Shown here: positions 26,576 to 40,034 of the stretch, one piece after another
How positions within the stretch are numbered: position 1 is the first letter of the stretch
How the letters are laid out: every line of letters starts with the position of its first letter
Source: Lama glama
Taxonomy: Eukaryota
Direction: 5' to 3'
DNA length: 64,000 nt
NCBI GenBank assembly: GCA_028534125.1
Contig: CM052816.1
Coordinates: 30,010,001 to 30,074,000 of the forward strand
Notes under the pieces: model-generated
What the model was told of the DNA's origin: nothing
Database searches by the model: none
The model's input: only the letters and a program-made list of their open reading frames with translations
Program-made: the position numbers and the translations under genes

Positions 26576-26767
26576 CATCTTCTTAATCCAGTCATCTGTT
26601 GATGGCCACTTGGGTTGCTTCCATGTCTTGGCTATTATAAATAGTGCTGCTGTGAACACTGGGATGCATTTATCTTTTCAAATTACTGTTTTTGTTTTTT
26701 TCTGGATATATACCCAGGAGTAGAATTTCTGAATCATTTGGTAGTTCTCAGTTTTTTAAGGAACTTC
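25945..26767 (-). mobile_element. L1 3' end (ORF2 C-terminus plus 3' UTR), artiodactyl type
   Basis: The minus strand encodes MFTAALFIIAKTWKQPKWPSTDDWIKKM, the L1 ORF2 C-terminus, followed by 3' UTR. Confidence 0.92.
26386..26573. repeat. Compound (TG)/(TA)/(TACA) microsatellite inside L1
   Basis: Seen directly; includes a pure (TA)n run at about 26537-26573. Confidence 0.95.
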
Positions 26768-28028
26768 TGCTGTGGGATTTCTTGATTCTACATTCCTCAA
26801 AAAAAAAAAATAGAGTCCTGTTATTGTCAAAAAGATTATAAACTGGCATAATTAACACTGAGAATGAAATATAAAATTTTGCAAGTTATAATTTAAAAAT
26901 CTAATAACAGTGTTGGATGCTGCCTAATATCAAGAATCTATGATTTATAAAGGCATTATTATCATGTGTTTACTAAATACTAAGCAATTTCCGTGAGACA
27001 ACACCAGTGATATGCTGAACTGAATACACTCTCAGTAAGTATATAGTGAATTTATGAACGAAAAGTACTCAGTGTCTCTGTTTTGGTCATCATAAATATA
27101 ATACCATGGAAAGATTTTTTTTTTAAATGATAAGTGATTGTATGTGAGCTGGGCTGCAGAGTAGAAAAGGTAGTCTGAGATTGGTTTGTCAGAATATGAG
27201 CCATTTGTATAGGAAGAACAGCGTTCCTGGGTGGATAAAAGATTGCCTTGAACACTGTGGAACAAGCAGCTTTATTCATACTCAATATCTGTTTTGGACA
27301 CAGTTTTTTCTCTTCATTCAATGAAGTGAAATAGTGAAAATTATGAATCCAGTGACATTATTGTCAGGGCTTATACTTCTTTTTAGCGTGTTTGAGAAGA
27401 AATGGACAGATTCCATAGGACTGGTTTTTCCCTGGAGTATTCTGGCAGTAAATGCGAAACAGGGACTCTCACCCGTTTTTGAAGTGAAGATGATGCAAAC
27501 AAAATATTCCTTGTTGATGCTTATTATGCCAGTAATTTCAATGGCTTATTCAAATGATGACTCTTAGTGATGCATTTGAATCTTAAAGTCTAAACTGCTT
27601 AAAAACAAGTAACGTGCTTTTATTTTTTAAATTAAAGTATAAAGATTTAAAATAAGACTAAATTATGAAGCAAATGGCTCAAACCATGAGATTAATTCTT
27701 ACCCACTGATGATTTTCTTCACTTACCAGAGAGAAATATTGATAATATAACAAGAGTACATTTTACATCAATATCAGAATGCTACCACAAAATTACTTTC
27801 TGCGGCCAAATACAATGTAGCAAATGGAAATAATTCTATTTGCTACAGTCTTCTAAATTAAACATTTTCATGTGGTGCAGTTGCAAATTTATATTCTAAA
27901 GGAGCATTGAAAATATTGTTTTGTGTGAATTTTTTTCTTAACTTTTGGGTCATTGTTGAAATTTTTCCCAAAACTATCTCAACTTGCTGCCATTCTGGTT
28001 GACTTATAAGACTAAGAAAATCAATCAG

Positions 28029-28062
28029 TCAATATGTATACCTAACTAGGTATACATATTGA
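28029..28062. repeat. Perfect 16-bp inverted repeat with a 2-nt spacer
   Basis: TCAATATGTATACCTA-AC-TAGGTATACATATTGA. Confidence 0.95.
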
Positions 28063-28769
28063 TACCTAACTAATTACTAATTTTACTATTTATCATTGGC
28101 ATTAGGCAGTGATCTTGGTGAAAGTTTAGAAAAAATATTTTCCCTATAATTGATAGATTAATGAAAGTAATACTTTCAATATATGTTTTGTTTTTGTAAT
28201 TTAAAATCAGAAAACTTACCTAAAATTAGATATGGATGTTTATTGAATAATTAGTACATGTTTTGTAGATAAAATATTTGAGAAACATCAATGTAGAGTA
28301 GTATTTTAGAAAATACTAGATGAAAACCTCAAGCCTTTGGAGGCATGGAACACAAAGGCCATTAGTAATGGACAGCCTGTGTTTCTAATATCAAAATTAA
28401 AATAAGAGAAGAGGGGAGTCAGATGCTCAGGTAATTCTATAAAACAGAGTTCTCTGTTCATGAGACAGATGTGACTAAGAAAATACTCTGGTAAAATACC
28501 AGTGGGAATTGGGAAAAAAGAAGTAATGGAGGGAACAACACACTTGGATGCTGATTCCTTTATTCATTCATCCAGTTAATAATATAATATTTCCTGAAGC
28601 TGGAGAGGTTAAGTAGCTAGTTAATATGTAACTGAGTAAGGTGTCAGAGGTGAGACTAGCACTCATGTCTGTTGGAACCATAATCAGTACTCTGGACCTT
28701 TGGTCACTGCCGTTGACTAAATAATACAACCAGAACAAAGACCATTTGTGTGTGTGTGTGTGAAATAAC

Positions 28770-29190
28770 ATGAGTTGGACTTTGTGTGTGTAAAATCAAG
28801 GTCCTATGTGATATCTGCCTGGGATATCAATTATGCAGTTGGATATAAAGGTCTGTGGCCGAGAGGGGATGTCTGAGCTAGAGGTAACGAATTAGGTGTC
28901 ATTGTATTACATATGAATCCTGGAATCAATACGAATTTACCTAAGAAAAAAGTGAAGAGTGCAAAGAAAGGAGAGCCTAGAAAAATATAATTCATATTTA
29001 AAAGTTAGATATAATCTCAGTATTTGAAAGTTAGATAAAGGAGGAGAAGTTAGAGAAGACCAAGAGAGAACAACTAGGAAGGTAAGAGGAAAACCAGTGG
29101 AGTGTGATGTCATAGAATTCAATGGAAGAGAATGTATGAAAATGGTCAACTATGTGGAATTCTGCTGAGAAGTCAAGAAAAATAAGGAGG
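28770..29190 (-). mobile_element. L2 fragment
   Basis: gcagttggatataaaggtctg...gaggaaaaccagtggagtgtgatgtcatagaa...ctgctgagaagtcaag is typical of L2 on the reverse strand. Confidence 0.75.
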
Positions 29191-29191
29191 T

Positions 29192-29755
29192 CAATGTTCA
29201 TAGCAGCATTATTTATAATTGCCGAGATACAGAAACAACCTAAGTTTCCATCAGCAGATGAATGGATAAAAGATGTAGTATATATGTACAATGGAATACT
29301 ATTCGGCTGTAAACAATGATAAAATAATGCCATTCGCAGCAACATGGATGGACCTTGAAGGTATTATGCTAAATGAAATAAGTCAGACAGAGAAAGACAA
29401 ATACTGTATGAGTTCACTTATATGCAAAATCTAAAAAATACAACAAACTAGTGAATACAACAAAAAAGGATCAGACTCACAGATATAGAGAACAATCTAC
29501 TTGTTACCAGTGGGGAAAGGGAAAAGGGGAGGGGCAATAGATGGGTAGGGGTGTAAGAGGTACTAACTATTACATATGCAATAAGCTACAAGGATATATT
29601 ATATAACATGAGGACTATAGCCAATATTTTATAATAACTATAAATGGAGTATAACCTTTAAAAATTGTGAACTGCTATATTGTACAACTCTTAACTTACG
29701 TAATATTGTACAAAATGTAAATTTAAAAAGAAAAGATACTTTTCTTTAAAAAAAT
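29192..29755 (+). mobile_element. L1 3' end
   Basis: caatgttcatagcagcattatttataattgcc...gaaataagtcagacagagaaagacaaatactg through to an A-rich tail. Confidence 0.9.
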
Positions 29756-30627
29756 AAGAAAAATGAGGGAAAATTCCACATTTTCCTCTTTTCTTTTGTT
29801 TCCTTTCACACATCTCCTCCTGAATGTCCCTTTTCTCTTATGTTAAAATACGAAATTAGGAAAAGAAATGAAGACAGGTATTCAAGTTATCCTGTAGGAC
29901 AGTGTAATGACAAAAATGAATTTGAAGGTGGATTTTGAAAGTTCTTGTAATAGGTAAATACTATATTTTATGATTTGATGAAGAAGGCATTTGATTTTAT
30001 TCTAAAATTATGAACAGCTACACTTGGGTCTGATTTCATAAAGTTGTTTATCTTTAGAAAAATAATTTTTAAAAGCCCATTACACAAAAAATATTATGTG
30101 AAAATAGTCAAAGAAAAACCTTCCCTTTTGACCATTTTACTATCTATGTGAATAAGGATTTATTTAATATTATATCATATTTTGAAAATAAAACTAATAT
30201 TACAAAAGAAAGAAACTGCGGGAGAAGGACCATTCTAATTCATCAGGAAGTTTCTCTTTTTGTAAAAAAAAATCTTGGCTTCCTAATCAAGTCTTTTTGA
30301 AACATAAACTTTATACCATAGAAGTGGTGCCGTTTAGATGTTAGAGGTACAAATTGGAAGATTGTTTTTTGGGTGCTTAACTCCTCAGCCTGCTCTATAC
30401 GGCATCAGCGTTTATAGACCAGAGTTGTTTTGCTGTTTTACCCAAGATTTGTACAATTTATTTTCGATATGGTGGTTATGATACTGCATTGAATTATCTG
30501 TGTGTCTGTTTCCTTAAAAAATGAAATGTACCAAACAAGTATTTTGGTTTCAAGACAGAAATCAGTTCTGGTTAAATTTAAATGGAAAAGATATTTGTTC
30601 AAAAGAATTAATTTGTTATGTCGCCTC

Positions 30628-30805
30628 TTCAACAAATATGCGCTGAGCACCTACCATAGGCTAAGCCCCATCCTGGGCTTAGGGGACAGAGCAGAGTCCT
30701 ATTCTCAGGAAGTTTCTATTTCTACTAGGGAAGACGGACATTAAACAAACAAATATGTAATATTTTGAACGTTGAAAATTGATGTAAAGAAAAATAAAGC
30801 AGGGT
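30628..30805 (-). mobile_element. L2 3' end
   Basis: ttcaacaaatatgcgctgagcacctacc...gaaaaataaagcaggg. Confidence 0.8.
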
Positions 30806-31113
30806 TTGGACATTGGAATTGATGAGAAGTACATGAATTAGGCTCAGAATAACGTGAACAAGGAACGCTTAGCAGTTGGCCACAGCCAAAACAGTCTGGG
30901 AAAGATGTTGCTAACTCTGCCCTGGGAACTGAGCACTGGGACTCTGAGCATTGGCTTCTGTCCCTTGACCCGGCTTGTGGACCTCACTCCAGAGTCAGAG
31001 TGTAGGTCTTATATCCATACTTGAGCTCTGCAGAGAGGTTGCCTGCTCCATTTCACCATTTCTGGTGCAAGTGTGTCTCTGTCCCCCACCAATCTTGTGT
31101 TTTCCCCCAAATT

Positions 31114-31245
31114 GCGGATGCCAGATAAAATACAGGATAAATAGTTATATTAGAATTTTAGAAAATAACTGTTAATTTTTTAGCATAAGTGTGTTCAAAC
31201 TTAATTGAGTGTCCTGTATTTGTTTTTGCTAATTCTAACAACCCT
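31114..31245. mobile_element. MER53 hAT MITE (internally deleted)
   Basis: gccagataaaatacagga ... tgtcctgtatttgtttttgctaattctaacaacccta; partly palindromic. Confidence 0.75.
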
Positions 31246-33169
31246 ACTCCAAATAGGAAATGTGTCTGGATGCTCGGCAGCCCCAAAATGACAAGTGTCC
31301 ATTAAAATCAGTTCAATGTGAAGATTCAAGGAAGACCAATACATAAAACCAGAATCATAGTTCAGCGTTCTGAGTGCTATATTAGGCATGTGCATGAAGA
31401 TCGGTGGGGGAACACCCGAGGAAGCATTTTTTTTTTCTGACTAGAAGTTGGATGGAGATTTGGCCAAAGCTGCAGATTGGGGGTGAATTTTGAGCTGGGT
31501 CTCAAAATGAGTACAAGTTTGCCCAGTAAGAAAAAAGAGGGAGAAGGGCTTCGCCAGCAGAGAGAATGACACGGGCCAAGTGGCTGTCATAACTTCGGTG
31601 TGGTTTACATGAAGAGTGAATGTGTGTACGGATTGGAGACAGGTCTGGACAGGGAGCTGGGGGCGAAGTTGGGAAGGGTTTTCCATCATATTAGAAACAG
31701 GGGTCCTTTGGATACTTTCGAACTGGAGATGAATTTTGAAAGCTTGCTTTAACTATGAAGCTAAATTTGTGAATTTGATTCTGGTTTTATGTGCTGTGAA
31801 AACATCTTAAGCCCCCAAGAAAAAAACAAAAAGGTCATTCAGTTATAATTAGAAGTGTGCTTGTTGGATGGGAAGAGACTCTCAGTGTCTGGTTTGTGGG
31901 GACTTTGAAAGGGTAGCATAAAACCAGTAGGGATGGTAAACGAGATGGTGATTTACAGTGCTGGGTGTCATATGTGGTGAAAACCTGTGAGGCACCCGGA
32001 GTGCCTTTGGTGCAGTGTGCCAAGATGGCAGTTAGGCTGTGTGAAAATGAACATGAGACAGGAAGACGACCTCTGAGGTGACAAGTGGGTGAAGGTTCAT
32101 TAGATGTGTTACAAGTTAATGAGGTTAAGGGTCAGTAAGTATAATGACTTACCAGGCGTTCTGTATCAAGGGCGCATTTACCTACTTTCCCCAGACCACT
32201 CAGAGAAGAAAAGTTGAACCCTTGAAATTAAATCATAGGTTTTATCCAAGGAAAAAGTGTGTTGTAGCAGAAAACATAGTAACTATTTGATTACTTTGAG
32301 ATTTTTTTTTTAATTCCGAAAGCAGACTCTTGTGGGCTTTGAAGACTTTGATATATCAAATTAAGTAGTTTCCTAATTTCTCTAAATTTTTTTGCATATT
32401 CTACACACATAGATACATTTAATTTTAACTATTTCTGAGTATATATGCTATTTGAGAAAGAGAAGCCAGAGATAAAACAATTACTAGCATAATTTTTTAA
32501 ATGGCTTTTTAAAAGAGTTGTTGAGAAAGTGTACTTGGCTATTTATAAATTTCATTATTTTAAAACCTGCCTCTGTCTCCCACATTAGTATGAATAATGA
32601 GGGGTTTATGTACAAATCTTCTGAATAGGCCCTATAATTAGTCATGTAATAGATTTATGCCATTATACTGTAGAAGATATACACACAAACATATACACAC
32701 ATTTACAAACATGCAATGCAAACGGGTGTTTTTGAAATCCATATTTTGTGAAGAGCTGATAATTAGTGTTGAGTACGTATAATAGGAGAACATACAAGCT
32801 AGGACCAACTTTGCTAATGAGTAGAAAGTGTGCATTGAAATAAGGGAGAATTAAATAGAGGTAAATGAAAAACTGAACTGAACACAGCAAGAGGAAATGT
32901 TGAGAGTATTTGGTCTAATTTGATTGAGCTGAGTTTCTGAGAACATAATCTTCTAAGGGAATAACCCTGGAAACCCATGGATAACTAGGGGAAGTAGAGT
33001 GCCATTCTGAGGGTGCCAAGGGAATGTCAGGTTTTGGCTTGATACAAAGAATTATTAGCCATTATATGGCCAGAAATGACTCTGTTGTCTTTAAAAACAG
33101 AAGTTCTAGTTCATCATGGAGCAGAGTGTTCTGGAGATTAGAGAAGAGTTAGTCCATGTCAGATAAAAC

Positions 33170-33540
33170 TTATTCATTTCAATAAAGTTCTACAATTTTC
33201 ATGTGGAGATCCAGAATACCTTTTGGTATATCTACTCTTTAGTGCTCTGTATTCTTTGATGCAATTGTAAAATATCATTTATTTTTAATAAAGTTTTCTG
33301 GTTGTTTCCTGCTCTTGTGTAGACATGCAACTGACGTTCATATACCCAGACGACTTGTCTATAGGTTCCATAACTCTGTGTTTTTAAAATGCAATTAATT
33401 ATTTCATTTGCAAATAATAGCAGCTTTATTTTCTTAATTGTGATCTGTACATTTCTGATCTCCATTATGCTAGTTAGGGCCTGTAACTCATTATTGAATA
33501 GAAATAGCAGTAATGGCACTCCTGTACTGTTCCTGACTAT
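33170..33540 (-). mobile_element. Old L1M ORF2 fragment (host of the nested younger L1)
   Basis: The minus frame reads PLLLFLFNNELQAL...KIKLLLFANEII, a degraded RT region (PLLFNIVLE...KLSLFADDMI). Confidence 0.75.
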
Positions 33541-33544
33541 ATTA

Positions 33545-36500
33545 TTATTTTTACATTTTTATTTTATTGTGGTAAGAACACTTAACCTGAGATTTACCCT
33601 CATAAGAAATTTCTAAGTGTGCAATGCAGTATTGTTAATTGTGGGCACAATGCTGTATAGCAGATATCTACAACTTTTTCATGTTTCATAACTGAAACTT
33701 TATGCTCATTGATGAACAACTGCCCATTTCTCATGCTGTTTCCTATAGCAGCTGGGTAATTTTGTACTCTCACCAACAGTCCAAGGGTTCCAATTTCTCC
33801 ATATCCTCCCCAACTCTTGCTGTCTGTGTTTTTTTGTTTTTTGGGGGTTTTTTGATAGTAGCCATCTTGATAGGTGTGATGTGAAATCTCATTGTAGTTT
33901 TGATTTGTACTCCCCTAATGATTAATGATATTGAGCATCTTTACATATACCTGTTGGCCATTTGTGTGCCTTTTTTTTTTGAGAAATCACTGTTTAAATC
34001 TTCAGCCCAGTCTTAAATTGGTTTTTAGTTTTTTTGTTACTGAGTTATCAGAATTCTTTATATATTTTGGAAATGAACTCCCTCTCAGATACATGGTTTG
34101 CAAATATTTTCTTCCATTTTGTAGGTTGACTTTTCATTGTTGATTATTTCCTTTGCTGGGCAGAAGCTTTCTACTTTGATATAGTCCCACTTTTCTGTTT
34201 TTGCTTTTGTTGCTTATGCTTTTAGTATCATATCCATGAAATCACTACCAAGACCAATGTCCCTGTGGAACAAGATTTCCCCCATGTTCTCTTCTGCAAG
34301 TTTTATAGTTTCAGGTCTTCATTTTAAGACTTTAATACATTTTAAGTTTTTAAATCCACTTTCTGCATGGTGTAAGATAGGGGTCCAGTTTCATTCTTTT
34401 TCATGTGGTTGTTGAGTTTTCCCAACATCATTTATTGAAGAAACTACTTTTCTCCATCATATATTCTTGGCTCCTGTGCTGAAAATTAATTGATCATATA
34501 TGCATGGATTTATTTCTGGGCTCTCTATTCTTTTCTGTTAATTTATGTTACTATTTTTATGCCAATACTGTTTTGATTACTATAGTTTTGTGATATGTTT
34601 TGAAATCAGGAATTATGATGCCTTCAGCTTTGTTCTTCCTGCTCAAGGTTGATTAGGCTACTCAGAGTCCTCTGTGGTTCCCCATGAATTTTAGAATTGA
34701 TTTTTCTATTTCTGTAAAAAATGCCAATGGGATTTTGATGGAGATCACGTTGGACCTGTAGATCATTTTGGGCCATATGGGCATTTTAACAACAGTATGT
34801 CTTCCAATCCATTGACATGGGATTTTTAAATTTGTTTTCATCTTTAATCTCTTTCATCCATGTTTTGTAGTTTTCAGTGTGTAAGTCTTTCACTTCTTTA
34901 TTTAAATTTACTCATAAGTGTTTTATTCTTTTTGGTACTGCGGTGTAAATGGGATTGTTTCTCTAATTTTCTTTTCAGATGGTTCATTGTTAGTGTATAG
35001 AAATGCAACTCATTTTTGTTTTATTGATTTTGTATCCTGCAGCTTTACTAAATTTGCTTATTATTTATAACAGTCTTTAATGGAATCTTTCTTGTTTTCT
35101 ATATATATGATTATGTTATCTGCAAATAGGACAATATTACTTTTCCTTTCTCATTTGGACATCTTTATTTCTTTTTCTTGCCTAATTTTTTTCTGGCTAG
35201 GACCTCCAGTACTATATTGAATGGAAGTGGTGAGAGTGAGCATCCTCACTTTATTCCTGATCTTAGAGGAAAAGCTTTCAGTTTTTCACTGTTGACTATG
35301 ACGTTAGTTGTGACCTTTTCATATATAGCCTTTAATATGTTGAGATACTCTCCGTCTATTTCTAGTTTGTTGAGAGCTTTTATCTTGAAAGAGTGTTAAA
35401 TTAGCCAAATACTTTTTCTGCCTCTATTGAGATGATATGTGATTTTTATCCTTTATTCTGTTAATGTGATGTATACTGTCGACTGGTTTTCATTTATTGA
35501 GCCAATCTTGCATCTCAGGATAATCCCACTTGGTCATGGTGTAATATTCCTTTAATATGCTGTTGAATTCAGTTTCCTAGTATTTTGTTGAGGTTTTCTG
35601 CATCTATATTCATCGTGGATATTGGCCTGTAGTTTTCTTTTCTTATAGTGTCTTTGTTGGGCTTTGGTGTCAGGGTAATTCGTTCATCTTAAAATGAGTT
35701 TGGAAGCACTCCCATTTACTTTTCATTTTTGGGGAGGAATTTGAGAAGGGTTGGCATTAGTTCTTTAAATGTTTGGTAGAATTCACCAGTGAAGCCATCT
35801 GGTCCTGAGCTTTGCTTTTGGGAGGTTTTTAATGACTAATTCAATCTCTTTCCTAGTAATTAGCCTGTTCAGATTTTTGGTTTCTTTATGATTCAGTCTA
35901 GGGAGTTTGTATTTATTTGTATTTATTTGACATTTATTCATTTCCTCTAGGTTGTACAATTTTTGGTATACAGTTGTTCATAGTTGTCTGTATTTTTGTG
36001 GTATTAGTTATAATGTCTTCTCTTTCATTTATAATTTTATTTGCATCGTCTGTTTTTCTTAGTTTAAGTCTAGATAAAAGATTTGTATATTTTGATTATC
36101 TTTTCAAAAAATGCTCTTAGTTCCATTTTTTCCATTGTCTTTTTAGTTTCTATTTAATTTATTTCTGTTTTGATCTTTATTTCCTTCTTTCTACTAACTT
36201 TGGGCTTCATTTGTTTGCCGTTTTCTAGTTCCTTGAGGTGTAAATTTAGGTTGTGTATTTGAACTCTTTCTGTTTTCTTGATGTAGGCATTTATTGCTAT
36301 AGAATTGACTCTCAGAACTACTTTTTTTGCATCCCGTAAGTTTTAGTATGTTATGTTTCCATTTTAATTTGTCTGAAGATACTTTTAATTTTTCTTTTGA
36401 TTTATCCCTTGACCCATTGTTCTTTGGTTGTTTGGTAGCATGTTGCATTTCCACATATTTGTGAACTTTCCAGTTTTCTTCTTGTAATTGGTTTCTAGTT

Positions 36501-36985
36501 ACATATCTCTGTGGTATGATCAGGAGATGGGCACTCTTCCCTGTTCCCTCTGAGCTGAGCCCTGACTAAACAGCCATGGTAAGTGCTTACATACCTGTGA
36601 ACAAGGGCTTCTCTGCTGTAGTCTGATCTTGTGGGACTGTGGACACAAGCCTCACTGGCTTTCAGAGCTGTTTAAGAGACTTGTCCCTTGGGTGGGAGTC
36701 TTAAAAGTTAGGATGCTAAATGTGAGATCAAACCCTCCACTCCTCAGGGAGGAGTTGAGAATTACGTCCCAAATATATGATGCTGTGTCAGGAGTGGGGT
36801 TTATGGCAAAAGTGTGTCTCAGCCTTTCCTGTTTCCATGTGGGTATTTTCTCATCTGCCAGATGTGTAGGAGCCTTTCAGTTAGTTTCTGGATTTCTTTC
36901 AGAGGAAATTGCTCCGTGTGTAACTGTACATTGGTGTGTCTGTGGGAGGAGGGGAGCTTACCCATGTCACCATCTTGGTTGACCC
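33545..36985 (-). mobile_element. L1MA-type element with internal deletions: 5' UTR (36516-36985) joined to ORF2 at the end of the endonuclease domain, then RT and 3' end
   Basis: 3' end tttattgtggtaagaacacttaac. ORF2 remnants are continuous to about 36515. The GC-richer terminal segment begins CAAGATGG on the minus strand, like L1 5' ends. Confidence 0.85.
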
Positions 36986-37411
36986 ATGTATTTTAAGTTT
37001 AACTTTACCTGATATTAACAAAACTAGTCCAGTTTTATACTGGTGTATATTTCCCTGATAGGTCATTTTCTACTGCCCCCCCCCAATATTTGTATGTCCT
37101 TTCACTTTTGGCGTGTTCCTTACAAGTGGCATGTATCTTTCAGTCTTTATCCTTAATTTTCCAATTTAGTATATTTATGTAGATTGTAGTAATGGATATA
37201 TTTGGGCCTATTTTGACCTATTTTACCAGTTTATCATTTAAGTTTATTCCCTTTTCTGTTTCTTTCTTACTCTTTGTTACTTTTATGGTTTGAGTTGACA
37301 TTTAAACCTCTCTCTGAATAAGACAGGAACATAAGACCTTCCCTATCAATGGATTTCCCACCTCTAGACCCAGATCAATGCCACTCCTCACCTCTCTGCC
37401 TCCCCTCTTCT

Positions 37412-37445
37412 ACACACACACAAACACACACACACACACACACAA
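37412..37445. repeat. (CA)n microsatellite
   Basis: Seen directly. Confidence 0.9.
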
Positions 37446-38665
37446 ACAGTTCAAAATAGCTTTACTATTCTCGAGATTTCAGTTTTTTGCATTTTCAATC
37501 TTTAGTTCTTTCAGGGTTGATCTTGACTAAGGGATCCAACCATTTTGCTGGATTTACATCTTACCAGAACTGGAACCCTATTTTTCAGAGTTGGTGTTTA
37601 TTCTACAGCTGTTTTCGACTGTAGTTTGTATCCTCTTGTGTAGCTGGTTCCCTGAGGTCATTTATGCCATAGTTAAGTGGAACTGCAATTATAACTGGTA
37701 TATTTTGTGTTTTGCTTTATATGAGGCACTTGGATGAAAGTTACAAGTGGCCTTATTTTTTCTTTTTTTTTTCGGGGTGTGTGTGTGTTAAAGTTTAATG
37801 TAACTTTTTTTTAAGGTTAAAATTTGAAATTTATTTCCCCATAATTTTTAAAATCACTAGTCTTTATTTCAAATGTTAGAGAGGGGACAATTTGGAGATA
37901 AGAATCCCTATGTACTCTCACCCCATTTGGAGAAATATTTGTGGTTACTCAAAACCACTGGTATAGTTTAGATTCAGTCCCTCTCAGGCCAGTGTTGTCC
38001 GCAAGTTCTGTAACGCATTTGGAAAATCTGATATGGGATTTTTCAGTACTATGATAATATTTAGGGGTTGGCATCCATTACTTTGTTGCATTTTTCATTT
38101 TTCATTATTGGGTACTCAACCCTGTGGATCCTAAAACATGATTTTTTTCTGCCCTTTGAGACACTTCTCTCTCGAGTGAACTCATTTTATCACCTTATCT
38201 CACAACTGATATTTTAAACTGGATTTTCTATTATGTCTGTTTATTAAGCAAATATGACTGCCACAGAGGCTAGGTTATGCTGAAGGTGTTTGGATTGCAC
38301 ATTCTTAAAATTCTTTCAGTCAGAAAATATTTATTGAGAATATGCCATGTGTCAGTCTTTGCCCTGGTAATAGAAAATTTAATGATAAATAAGTCCAGCT
38401 ATTCCTGCCTTTTTAAATGACGTAAACATAGAGAATGGAATTAATACCCCATAAGATTCAGACTTCAAATTTCAAATTTGTTAATTTAGGAATATTTACC
38501 ATACAGGAATAAGAATTTTAATGTCATTAAGCTTCTCATATTCTCCCTCAGCACAATTAGCAGGTAGGTGGTGTGTGTGAATTCAGAAGAAAGGCTGCCT
38601 ATATTTTGAGGCCAATGGATATGGACTACAGCAGGGGTTGTCCTACAATTTGCTGTTTTCCTCCC

Positions 38666-38775
38666 CATTTTTATTGATGTAAAATTGATTTATCATGTTG
38701 TATTAGTTTGTGGTTTACAGCATAGTAATTCAGTTTTATATATAATTCCACATCTATCTATCTCTCTCTATATAT
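38666..38775 (-). mobile_element. Short L1 3' end fragment
   Basis: tttattgatgtaaaattgatttatcatgttgtattagtttgtggtttacagcatagtaattcagt. Confidence 0.7.
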
Positions 38776-38874
38776 TAACACTAAAATGACTCTTTTGAGA
38801 AACATGCTGTGTGTGTGTGTGTGTGTGTATAGTGGTAGATTGGTGAAAATAAAATTAAGAGGGAAGGAGCTTAA

Positions 38875-39541
38875 GGTCAATCTCCCAAGACAACAGATAT
38901 AAAAATAAAAATAAACAAATGGGACCCAATAAACTTACAAGCTTTTGCACAGCAAAGGAAACCATAAACAAAACAAAAAGACAACTATGGACTGGGAGAA
39001 AATATTTGCAAATGATGTGACTGACAAGGGCTTAATTTCCAGAATATACCAACAGCTCACACAATTCAATAAGAAAAGTAAAAACAACCTAATTAAAAAA
39101 TAAGCAGAAGACACTTCTACAAAGAAGACATACAGATGGCCAATAGGCACATGAAAAATACTCATTATTGCTAATTATCAGAGAAATGCAAATCAAAGAT
39201 ACAATGAGGTATCACCTCACAACGGTCAGAATGGCCAACATTCAAAAGTTCCACAAACAATAAATGCTGGTGAGGGTGTGAAGAAAAAGGGAACCTTCCT
39301 ACACTGTTGGTGGGAATATAATTTGGTGCAGCCACTGTGGAAAACAGTATGGTAGTTCACTAAAAAACTGAAAATAGAGTTACCATATGATCCAGCAATC
39401 CCACCACTGGGCATATACCCAGAGGAAACTCTAATTGAAAAAGATATATGCACCCCAATGTTCATAGCAGCACTATTTACAGTAGCCAAGACATGGATGC
39501 AACCTAAACGTCCATCAACAGATGAGTGGATAAAGAAGTTA

Positions 39542-39585
<44 letters not shown>

Positions 39586-40034
39586 ATGATAGAATATTAC
39601 TCAGCCATAAAAAGAATGAAATAGTGCCATTTGCAGTAATACGGATGGACTTAGAGATTATCATAGTAAGTGAAGGAAGAGAAAGACAAATATCATATGA
39701 TATCACTTATATGTGGAATCTAAAAAAAAATGATACAAATGAACTTATTTACAAAACAGAAAGAGAACACAGACATAGAAAACAAATTTATGATTACCAA
39801 AGGGGAAAAGTGGGGAGAGATAAATTAGGAGTTTGAGATTAGCAGATACAAACTGCTATAAAAGTGGATAAACAACAAGGTCCTAATGTATAACACAGGT
39901 AACAGCATTCAGTATCTTGTAATAACCTATATAAAAAAGAATACACACATATATATATAACTGAATCACTATGCTGTACACCAGAAACTAACACAACATT
40001 ATAGATCAACTATACTTCAATAAAAAATTAAAAG
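38875..40034 (+). mobile_element. L1 3' ~1.15 kb (ORF2 C-terminus plus 3' UTR) with internal (GT)n at 39544-39577
   Basis: aaacaaatgggacc...cttttgcacagcaaagg...tatacttcaataaaaaa. Degenerate TSD aaga.g.aa.gagcttaa on both sides. Confidence 0.93.

Noticed and set aside
26385..26723. Overlapping YI/HT-repeat ORFs
   Set aside because: These are translations of a microsatellite within L1.
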